A DNA stretch of 64,000 nt from an uncultured delta proteobacterium (GTDB lineage Bacteria > Desulfobacterota > Binatia > UBA9968): positions 128,001 to 192,000 of the forward strand of contig CAWDPO010000017.1 of NCBI GenBank assembly GCA_963804165.1, in the 5' to 3' direction. Below, piece by piece: positions 31,252 to 38,815 of the stretch. The notes under the pieces are model-generated. The model ran no database searches. It was not told the DNA's origin and saw nothing but the letters and a program-made list of their open reading frames with translations. Both the position numbers and the translations under genes were made by a program. The stretch's first letter is position 1, and the number at the start of each line of letters is the position of its first letter.

Positions 31252-31280
31252 AATATCTAACATAAAGTCAGATATCATAG
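31248..31280. promoter_or_regulatory. AT-rich imperfect palindrome, candidate autoregulatory operator
   Basis: ATATCTAAC-ataaa-GTCAGATAT (8/9 symmetric, 11/14 extended) abutting the regulator's ATG. Confidence 0.45.
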
Positions 31281-31330
31281 CCAAATGACCGATTCAATCT
31301 CCTAGGAGGTTGCTGAAAGCGATACCGGCG

Positions 31331-31415
31331 CTTCGAGGGCTTAGCATGAACGGAATTTCACCATTGATTTCAATCTTTCCTCCGTTCGTCCTGAGCCTTG
31401 TCGAAGGATGAACGG
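31331..31415. repeat. Palindromic intergenic element (CTTCGA..AGCATGAACGG / CCGTTCGTCCTGAGC..TCGAAGG type)
   Basis: Inverted arms visible; typical REP-like hairpin. Confidence 0.6.
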
Positions 31416-31516
31416 CAAATCTCATCGCCGAGTTCTGATACTCCGAAGTCTACCGCGGTGTCGATCACTGCTGGAAAACCAAAGTAGGGTTGCTAGCTGT
31501 ATCGGTTGCGGTTTGA

Positions 31517-31765
31517 TTATCGGCGCCTGAGCCAACGAGTGAAATTCGTGGCGACTTTTCTCGGCGGACACAAAGACCTTTTTCTAGCGAAGCTGTGAGC
31601 GGCAAGCTCGAGGCCGACAAGATCGATCTTTTCGAGCGCCGTGCACTCGTCCGCGGTCAAGCCGGCGTTTAAAGCTTCGCGGTGCGGGTCGGCGAGAAAG
31701 CGCGAGCGCGTTTGATCGTCGACGTAAAGTTTCGCCAGGAAGATTTCGAACTTTTGCGCTCTCAT
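31517..31765 (-). CDS. Small helical protein, candidate MNIO partner
   Basis: 82 aa; FLAKLYVD...R.RFLADP....GLT.DE..AL..ID..GL; ATGA overlap with the DUF692 stop. Confidence 0.7.
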   Translation of the reverse strand: MRAQKFEIFLAKLYVDDQTRSRFLADPHREALNAGLTADECTALEKIDLVGLELAAHSFARKRSLCPPRKVATNFTRWLRRR

Positions 31766-32625
31766 GCTGCCTCTGATACCGCTCTTGATTGCTTCGCTCG
31801 CCCGCGCCGCAGCGCCTCACAGGCGCGATCGACTTGATTCAACAGGATCTCGATTGGCGGATATCGACCATCGCGTTCGAGGATCACTGTTAATGGATGA
31901 GGCGTCTTTACACCAATAAATTCTAAAAGTTCATATACGCCTTCGGGAACATCATGCAGATGGTCATCGAGCAGGCGTCGTTCGTCGGTGGTTTTTGCCT
32001 TGATCCAGCGCCCGCCTGCAAGGTGGATGGCGCGTATTTTTTCGTGAGGCATGCGCTCGATAAAGTCATACGGATCGAAGCCGAAGTTGACTGAATTCGC
32101 ATAGAGGTTGTGCAGGTCGAGAAGCAGATCGCAGTTTGCCGCAGCGAGAATGTCGCGGATCCAATCCGGTTCGCTCAGCGTACTCCCCGGCGGGTCGATG
32201 AGCGTGGCGATATTTTCGACGAGCGGAAGCAAGCCGACAATTGTCCTGGCGGCGGCCAAGTTTCGCGCCGCTCCATCGATGGTCGCGGCTGTTCTTGGCG
32301 CGGCGGCGAGATGGCCGATCTCAAATCCACCGCCTCTGACAAAAGCTAGATGTTCCGACCAAAATTCCGGCTGTATTTCGTCGACGAGCCGAGCCGTCTG
32401 CTCTAACCGTTTCGCTTCCACTGCGATGGATGATGCCAGTCCAAGGGTGACGCCGTGCAACGCAACCGGTACTTGGGCCGCCAGAGTTTTTAGCGCGCGA
32501 CGTTTCGATTTTCCAGCATCGAAATAATCGTCGGCGATCACTTCGACGACGTCGATGCGGTCGAGATGAGCCAATATTCCGGCGGCGAGGTCAGGCCGCC
32601 AGCCGAGTCCGAAGCGATCGTTCAT
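31762..32625 (-). CDS. DUF692 / multinuclear non-heme iron-dependent oxidative enzyme (MNIO; MbnB/TglH/ChrH superfamily)
   Basis: GLGWR, EVIAD, HGV.LG, WSEHLAF, ENIA, LLDLHNLYAN..N, IHLAGG, DDH, LERD: the expected metal-ligand motifs. Confidence 0.93.
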   Translation of the reverse strand: MNDRFGLGWRPDLAAGILAHLDRIDVVEVIADDYFDAGKSKRRALKTLAAQVPVALHGVTLGLASSIAVEAKRLEQTARLVDEIQPEFWSEHLAFVRGGGFEIGHLAAAPRTAATIDGAARNLAAARTIVGLLPLVENIATLIDPPGSTLSEPDWIRDILAAANCDLLLDLHNLYANSVNFGFDPYDFIERMPHEKIRAIHLAGGRWIKAKTTDERRLLDDHLHDVPEGVYELLEFIGVKTPHPLTVILERDGRYPPIEILLNQVDRACEALRRGRAKQSRAVSEAA

Positions 32626-32628
32626 GGT

Positions 32629-33496
32629 TTAACTCCCACCACATCCACCGCATCCGCCACCGCCACCGCAAGACGAGCCGCCGCTCGATCCGCAAGCGGA
32701 ACCGCAGCCGCTGGTGTCCGAATTTTCTGGGTTGGAATTGTTTGGCGTAGGGAAACGCGGCAGACGGCAGGGCGCCGAGACCAAAAACGGCCATCAACAA
32801 CGCGGCATCGGCAGTTTCGCCGCCGGGGCGAAGCATCGCCGCGCGGCCTTTCAGGGACGAGAATAGGTTTCGTAAGTCCGCCAAGAGCGCGTCGCCACGA
32901 CGCGTACGGAGTGGGTTGTGCACGCGGATTGCGATGAATACAAAAAACACTGCGAGTAAGACCAGAAAAAAGATATTAGTGCGGCCCCGTTGGAGCGCGA
33001 TGAGTATTTTGAGCGCGGCGACGCCGGTTAAGAGAATTACCGCGGCGCAGAGACGCCACAGGCGAGTCCGTAGAATGGACTCATCCGGTATCAACCTTAA
33101 CCGTTGGAGCGCGTCACCATATTCCTGGCAGGTTGATAGAATTCCTGGGCTCGTAAAAGCGGAAGATGCCTTGGCGCGAAACCTGAAGTGCTGGAGCAAT
33201 GCTTTTTCAACGGGGCGTCGCACGATGTTCACGGCGTTGTCGTTGACGACGACAAGCTGATCGTCGTTCGCTTGCAGCAACCCGCGATCGATCAGCGATA
33301 CGGTCACTACGCGGATGACCTCCTTTTCACCGCCGCGAAGATACGCGAGCAAATAGGGATCCGAGTAGTCGATTCGCGGCGCGTCGTCGGCCTCGGAAGT
33401 GTGGCGTGCGAACCAAAGTAGCGCGATCGTGAGCGCGCCCAAGATCGCGTAGAAAATCAAAAACTCAGGTCCAGATAAATCGAAAGGATTCGCCAT
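32629..33496 (-). CDS. TIGR04222-type membrane protein with Cys/Gly/Ser-rich C-terminal tail (tail shifted +1 near 32723-32726)
   Basis: NPFDLSGPEFLIFY, DPY.LAYLRGG, KI.IAL.RG..N..FL, RT.RGD; the +1 frame reads NSDTSGCGSACGSSGGSSCGGGGGCGGCGGS-TAA (stop 32629-32631), 3 nt before the DUF692 ATG. Confidence 0.85.
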
Positions 33497-33500
33497 ACCG

Positions 33501-34250
33501 CTAAGTTAATTTGCTAAGACCCGCTCTCATTTGCTGAGCGACCTCGATCAACTTCAGAAGGCTTGTTCCCGCGAGGCCGGGTGGCAAGACACGTTGTTCC
33601 CGCGCTTCGGAGATGTGCTGCAGCGTTTCGGTCCATGATGAATTTCCCAACGTTTGCACGAACTTTTCGAGAGCGGCCTTTGGCGAGCTGAGGGTCTGAC
33701 CTTCGAGTTCAAGCAAGGTCGCGGCACAGGAGCGAAGCGGACCGGCAGCGTCAGCGATGGCGCGAGCGAGTTGCTCTTCGCGCAGGCCGCGCATCACATA
33801 GGCTTCTCGAAGACGAAGAATGAGATTCAACAACACTTGATCGAGGCGGGTAATTAGGATCTTACGGGGAATGGTTACGCCGACGAAGGGATCCGGTCCA
33901 AACAAGACTTTGCGCCGGCGCAGAATATCGGAGAATTTTTCGGCGAAGGCCGTGATTGAAGACGGCAATTCCGCTTCGAGAATAAACATCGGGCTCAGGC
34001 GAATCGCCGCCTGGGCAACACGGAGCGGATTGCGCAGCTCACCGGCGCGGGCTTGATCAAAGGTGGTGAGAACGAGCAGGAGGTTGACGTCCGAGGTTGC
34101 GCGAAGCCGGCCCTCGGCGGCACTGCCGAATAGGATGATGGAACGTAAGTCGGCTGCGAAGGCCGCTTGCGTGGCGCCGACGAATTCAGTGAGCACACGT
34201 GTGACCTGCGGGGGAAGATCAGGCAACGGAATGGGTTGAGTGGTAGCCAT
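33501..34250 (-). CDS. Pol-beta-type nucleotidyltransferase domain protein
   Basis: IILFGSAAEG....TSDVNLLLV (GS + D-x-N) followed by a helical domain; start ATG 34250. Confidence 0.75.
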   Translation of the reverse strand: MATTQPIPLPDLPPQVTRVLTEFVGATQAAFAADLRSIILFGSAAEGRLRATSDVNLLLVLTTFDQARAGELRNPLRVAQAAIRLSPMFILEAELPSSITAFAEKFSDILRRRKVLFGPDPFVGVTIPRKILITRLDQVLLNLILRLREAYVMRGLREEQLARAIADAAGPLRSCAATLLELEGQTLSSPKAALEKFVQTLGNSSWTETLQHISEAREQRVLPPGLAGTSLLKLIEVAQQMRAGLSKLT

Positions 34251-34306
34251 GACGAATCTCCGTTGGATGCCTTTCAAGCGAACGTATTAGACATGTTGCG
34301 CGTGTG

Positions 34307-34567
34307 TCACACTCTCGTAGCGTTGACGCCGCCCGGTTTCTTAAACCGGCGCGAGTGTGGCCCCCAGTCGCAGCCACAGGATTTGCAGGACCACTTCATC
34401 ATGCCTTCCCATTCTTCGCGATCGGCGGCGACGGCGCGACCTTCTTTGATGGCGCGTTGGAGTGCTGGCGTGATGGGGCCGTGCAACACCGGAATGGTTT
34501 TAGCGTTGCCGCATTCGGGGCATCGCGGGCTTTTTTGAATCTTGGCGTTGGAGCGTTTTCGTTTCAC
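34307..34567 (-). CDS. Small zinc-ribbon protein
   Basis: CPECG...IP.L.G.....W.CKSCG.DW. Confidence 0.6.
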   Translation of the reverse strand: MKRKRSNAKIQKSPRCPECGNAKTIPVLHGPITPALQRAIKEGRAVAADREEWEGMMKWSCKSCGCDWGPHSRRFKKPGGVNATRV

Positions 34568-34595
34568 GGATTTGCTCGGAGTGTCGTGACACGAT

Positions 34596-35606
34596 TCAAA
34601 GTGACCGGCGCAGCTGACTTGCTACTTCAACGAGCAGTTTCGCCTTGACATCGGCGAGCTCGCGGCTGATTGTCATCAGTCCGCAGTCCGGCGCGAGCCA
34701 GAGATTTTCCGGGTCGACGTATTTGAGTGCCGAGCGCACTCGCTCAACGACGCTTGCGACGGCGGGTACCGGCGTATCGCTGGGATCGACGCAACCGAAC
34801 ATCACGATGCGTCCTTTGGCAGCGGCTAAAACTGCCGGGTCGTATCCGCTACGGGCAAACTCGACGCCGAAGCCGCCGATTCTGGTTTTCATCAACTCTT
34901 CGAGCAGTTCGGGATATTCGTATTCGTGCTGCTGCCCGGCGCCGCCGGGATAGCCGTAGCAGAGATGAACGATAGTGGGGACCTGGATGCCTTCGAGGCA
35001 ACGGTCCAGGGCTTTAGCACCGTATGCGAAAACTTTCTCGTGGTAACGGGTCATGGCGGGCTCGTCGAGCTCCAGCACGTCACATCCAGCTGCTTGTAAG
35101 TCGAGCAGCTCTTCATTGAGCGCCGCCGCTACGTCCATCGCCATGGCGGCTTCGTCTTTGTAAAACTGGTCCAGCGTACTGTCGACTACCGTCATCGGTC
35201 CGGGGACGTCCATCTTGATCGGCTTGTTCGTTTGCGCTCTAGCGAAGCGCAGATCCTCAATGATCGCTGGGGTGCGGCGCTTGATTTTGCCAATGACACG
35301 CGGCACCGGGCGCGGCTGCTCACGCCGGCGATAGATTGTTTTCACCGCTTCATGCTCGAGGTCGATGCCCTCGAAGGCGGCGAGAATATGATTGATAAAA
35401 CCCGTGCGCCGCTGCTCACCGTCGGAAAGGAGGTCGAGGCCGATACGTTCTTGCCTGTGAATGCTCAGCGCCGTGGCGTCGTCCTGAGCTTCCTTGAGCG
35501 CAGCGCCTTCGAGACGAAACACGGCGCGACTGCGCTCATTTTGCGCCAGCCAATTAGGTCGGGGAAAGCTACCGATGGTCGTGGCGGCGATCGGTGGAAG
35601 TTGCAT
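34596..35606 (-). CDS. Cobalamin-independent methionine synthase II family, stand-alone catalytic domain
   Basis: TTIGSFPRP, SDGEQRR, PGP.T, DEP, HLC, E, PDCGL (Zn ligands H-x-C..E..C). Confidence 0.85.
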   Translation of the reverse strand: MQLPPIAATTIGSFPRPNWLAQNERSRAVFRLEGAALKEAQDDATALSIHRQERIGLDLLSDGEQRRTGFINHILAAFEGIDLEHEAVKTIYRRREQPRPVPRVIGKIKRRTPAIIEDLRFARAQTNKPIKMDVPGPMTVVDSTLDQFYKDEAAMAMDVAAALNEELLDLQAAGCDVLELDEPAMTRYHEKVFAYGAKALDRCLEGIQVPTIVHLCYGYPGGAGQQHEYEYPELLEELMKTRIGGFGVEFARSGYDPAVLAAAKGRIVMFGCVDPSDTPVPAVASVVERVRSALKYVDPENLWLAPDCGLMTISRELADVKAKLLVEVASQLRRSL

Positions 35607-35798
35607 GGAGCACCTCTGGTCTAGACTTGTTCTTGGCTATACATGCGAGGCCAATGAAACACAAGATTGGCGTGATGGAATCGTGGGGTCACCGTAACTA
35701 AAGGAATCGAAATATCTCGCGCAAAAGCCGACCTTAAGCCGACGAAACGCTAAGGCCAAAAAAACAAATTCTCCTAGGCGTTCAGAGTTTGCTGTTGT

Positions 35799-35896
35799 GT
35801 CATGCTGATGAACGAAGTGAAGCATCTGTTTTTCTATTCGCGCAATTCTTTCAGTCAGCAAAGCAGATTCTTCGTCGCTGCGCTCCTCAGAATGAC
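35799..35896. repeat. Second, inverted copy of the 22651-22771 palindromic element
   Basis: aaagcagattcttcgtcgctgcgctcctcagaatgac arm. Confidence 0.75.
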
Positions 35897-36032
35897 ACAT
35901 GAAAGTAAAGTCGGGGCTGAGTCATAAGAACTGCGCGAAGGGGACCAAACCCCGAAATTTTACAAGGCGTGAAAACTTTGATGCAATACAGAAATGGCAG
36001 AGTTCGAAGAATGTTTTTAATCCAACAAATCT

Positions 36033-36752
36033 TTACTCCGCACCCTCCACTGGCTCCCAATGGCCCACGAGCGCGGTGAAGTAGGGCGGCACTTGCGTGT
36101 CAAAACTGAGCGGCTCACCGCTGAAGGGATGGGCGAAGGAAATCGACTTGGCATGAAGTGCCAGGCGGTTGCGGATTTTTCGTTCCGGTCCGTACCTTGG
36201 GTCGCCGACCACCGGGTGTCCGATGGCCGCGAGATGCACGCGAATCTGGTGCTTGCGACCGGTTAAGAGATCGATTTCCAGTAAACTAAAGTCTTTGGTC
36301 TGCCTGAGCACTTTGTAAGTCGTGTGAGCCAGCTTGCCCTTGCGTGCATCGCTGGTCGTGTAGACGCCGTGCGCTTGGTTCTCCGCCAGATACGTCGTGA
36401 TGGTTTCGGCGGCCTTCTCACACCGGCCGTGAACGACGGCGAGATATTTTTTCTTGGTGTTTTGCCACTGGCTCTGCAGTCGAAACTTAGCCGCTTCGTT
36501 CTTGGCGAAAATGAGTATCCCAGAAGTCTCCCGATCGAGCCGGTGCACGATAAAAATACGGTTCCTGGACTTGGCAACACCCCTGCGCACATAATCCGTG
36601 AGAATGAAGTAAGCGGTGCGCGATTTCTCTCGATCCGTGCTGATGGTCAACAGGCCCGGTGGTTTGTCCACCACGATCAAATCTCGGTCTTCATGAAGGA
36701 TCGCGAGTCCTCCCGGCAGGAGTTTACCACTCGGCCCGGTGTGTTTACGCAT
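36033..36752 (-). CDS. RluA-family pseudouridine synthase
   Basis: VDKPPGL, VHRLDRETSG (catalytic Asp), TGRKHQIRVH, GHPVVGD..YG, LALHA. Confidence 0.93.
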   Translation of the reverse strand: MRKHTGPSGKLLPGGLAILHEDRDLIVVDKPPGLLTISTDREKSRTAYFILTDYVRRGVAKSRNRIFIVHRLDRETSGILIFAKNEAAKFRLQSQWQNTKKKYLAVVHGRCEKAAETITTYLAENQAHGVYTTSDARKGKLAHTTYKVLRQTKDFSLLEIDLLTGRKHQIRVHLAAIGHPVVGDPRYGPERKIRNRLALHAKSISFAHPFSGEPLSFDTQVPPYFTALVGHWEPVEGAE

Positions 36753-36764
36753 TGTCGGTGCTCG

Positions 36765-36864
36765 GTCTGTCCTATTAACTGAGCCACGTTAGGAGGCGAT
36801 AAACGCCGGTCGCCTATTTCCCAAGACGGCTCCAACAGTCAAATCCGAAACGGTTGAAATATCC
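36765..36864 (-). repeat. ~100 bp upstream/leader sequence shared with 48440-48542
   Basis: ttaggaggcgataaacgccggtcgcctat..cggctccaa..tcaaa..ccgaaa aligns with ttaggagatgacaaacgccggtccgcctat..cggctccaa..tcaaaccgaaa. Confidence 0.65.
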
Positions 36865-37145
36865 GCCGGCTACCCGAGCTTATCAACAATCTTCTAGGCG
36901 CCAAACAGCGCCCTGGTTCGGCGGCCTATCTTCTTATCGGTGTGTATCCTGTTTCTGAATAACTAGGATCTCGAAATTTGCGCGGACTGCGTGAATTTTT
37001 GCAAAGGCGACAGACGCTTATAACCCGACGTATTCTCAGGTCTGCCAAGAAACTTGTTCTGACGCTCCAACACGCTGGACCACCACGCCGCCCCAGGGCG
37101 TATCGCGATACGCCCCTACATCCCGACTCCCTCAGGGAATCAATT

Positions 37146-37264
37146 TTTGCGTTCTTTGCGCCCGCTTCGACCCTGTTCAGGGGTGCTTTGCGGTCAATTT
37201 TCAGATTCCGAATCTTCTTCCTTAAATGATTTGAACGGCTTGAACGGATGGAACGACTGGAACA
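37146..37264 (+). repeat. ~120 bp composite repeat, direct copy at 38557-38674 (flanks MFS gene)
   Basis: tttgc.ttctttgcgccc...gattcc.aatcttctt...gatttgaacggcttgaacg..tggaacgactggaaca in both copies. Confidence 0.75.
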
Positions 37265-37274
37265 GGTTTTCTTC

Positions 37275-38474
37275 TCATCGGTCTCTTTTCCCCAACAAGC
37301 GATAGAAAAGCGTGGTCGTTACGATCAATGAAACGGCGGCGGTGAGCGCGAGGCCGAGGGACGCGCCGAAAAGGGTCGCCGCAGCGCCCAGGACGATGGA
37401 ACCGATGGAGCGCATTCCTTGATCGAGATTGAACACGCTCATCACGCGGCCCATGAGATTGCGCGGCGCTTCAATCTGAATGATCACCCGGCTGATGGTG
37501 CGGAAACTTACCTGACCTGCGCCCACGAGGGCCAGGAGTAGGACCGAAAGCAAAAAGTTCGGCGATGCGCAAAAAAGCATAAGAAAAATCGGCGTCGCCG
37601 TGGTCATGACCCATAGCAGCATGGCGCGGTTCCAGCGTTCGCCGACAGATGCAAGAAAACTCAACGATGCGATTCCACCCAAACCCGGTGCCGCCATTAG
37701 CATGCCCAATCCCTCGGGACCGACCTGCAGCACTTCCTTGGCAAAAACCGGGAGAAAACTTTGGTAGGTGACAATAAAAACGGCAAAGGTGTAGGCCGCG
37801 ACGATGCTGCTCAAAATCACCGGCGCGTGCCAAACGTAGTGAAAGCCTTCTTTGAACTCGCGCAAAAAATTTTCGTCGCGCTTGATCGACGGTTCCTTAT
37901 TCGTGCGCAGGAACAGCATACCGACGCCCGCGACTATCAGGGTTACTGCAAATGTCGCGTAGCAGCCGCCAATGCCGATCCAAACAATCATTACGCCACC
38001 GAGAGACGGTCCCGCTATCCGAGCGATATTGAAGCCGACGGTGTAGAGCGAGACGGCGTTCATGAGATCTTCGCGCGGAACTAACTCGGCAAGGATTGAT
38101 TGAGCAGCTGACGGATTGATCGCGCGGATCGAACCGGAGAGGATTTCGAGCACAAGCAGGTGCCAGAACGCGAGCGTGCCGAAGGCATAGATCGGCAGAA
38201 AAATTGCTATCGGGATGGCGGAGGCAAAATTTACCAGGATCAACAAAAGCTTGCGATCATAGCGGTCCACCAAGACACCGCTGAGGGCGCCAAGAATCAA
38301 ACGAGGCAACGCGCTGCACAGCCCCAAGATCCCCAACGCCATCGCCGAGCCGGTGATTTCATACGTGATCCAGAAGAGCGCGACTTCCTGAACGAAGTGG
38401 CCGAGGGAACCGAGCAAATCCGTGCACCAGAATAACGCGTAGTCACGGTAGCGTAGCGAGTGAAAAATGCGAAT
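37275..38474 (-). CDS. MFS transporter (MFS_3-like), probable non-canonical ATT start
   Basis: G.L.DRYDRK motif A, ~12 TMs; in-frame N-terminal IRIFHSLRYRDYALFW lies upstream of TTG 38417; AAGGAG 9 nt before ATT 38474. Confidence 0.85.
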   Translation of the reverse strand: MRIFHSLRYRDYALFWCTDLLGSLGHFVQEVALFWITYEITGSAMALGILGLCSALPRLILGALSGVLVDRYDRKLLLILVNFASAIPIAIFLPIYAFGTLAFWHLLVLEILSGSIRAINPSAAQSILAELVPREDLMNAVSLYTVGFNIARIAGPSLGGVMIVWIGIGGCYATFAVTLIVAGVGMLFLRTNKEPSIKRDENFLREFKEGFHYVWHAPVILSSIVAAYTFAVFIVTYQSFLPVFAKEVLQVGPEGLGMLMAAPGLGGIASLSFLASVGERWNRAMLLWVMTTATPIFLMLFCASPNFLLSVLLLALVGAGQVSFRTISRVIIQIEAPRNLMGRVMSVFNLDQGMRSIGSIVLGAAATLFGASLGLALTAAVSLIVTTTLFYRLLGKRDR

Positions 38475-38556
38475 GGCGTGGAGCTCCTTGTGGTCCGATG
38501 TTTTTCACCACGAAGGGCATGAAGATCACGAAGGTAAGAGACATAAGTTCCAAACC

Positions 38557-38674
38557 TTTGCATTCTTTGCGCCCTTTGACCTTACTCAGGACATGCATTG
38601 CGGTTAGGTTTCCGATTCCCAATCTTCTTTCCTAAACGATTTGAACGGCTTGAACGATTGGAACGACTGGAACA
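38557..38674 (+). repeat. Second copy of the 37146-37264 composite repeat
   Basis: Direct alignment by eye. Confidence 0.75.
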
Positions 38675-38815
38675 AGCTTTTTTGGTAGAACAGCTCTGTT
38701 TATAGCTTTTCTAAGGGACATAGGAAAGGAATCCGTGGCCGTTGCCTTTGGTTGACAGCGAACAAGATTCAGAATAGTTCGTTGTCATCAATTTCACTGA
38801 AGGAGAAAATGTTTT

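Noticed and set aside
31285-31516. Moco/Wco riboswitch upstream of the mod regulator
   Set aside because: The interval is largely a generic palindromic repeat; no riboswitch consensus could be supported by eye.
32591-32720. Arg/Trp-rich C-terminus in the ORF track as an antimicrobial-like peptide
   Set aside because: It is the out-of-frame reading of the Gly/Cys codons; the +1 frame gives the family-typical tail and a clean stop.
32629-32720. Selenocysteine in the Cys-rich tail
   Set aside because: All five codons are TGC/TGT and the stop is TAA.
33501-34250. MNT-HEPN toxin-antitoxin pair
   Set aside because: No adjacent HEPN gene (R-x4-6-H), and the protein is much longer than a minimal MNT.
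37229-37264. Tandem TTGAACGGC-type units as a CRISPR array
   Set aside because: Units are ~9 nt with no unique spacers and no cas genes; they belong to a dispersed intergenic repeat family.
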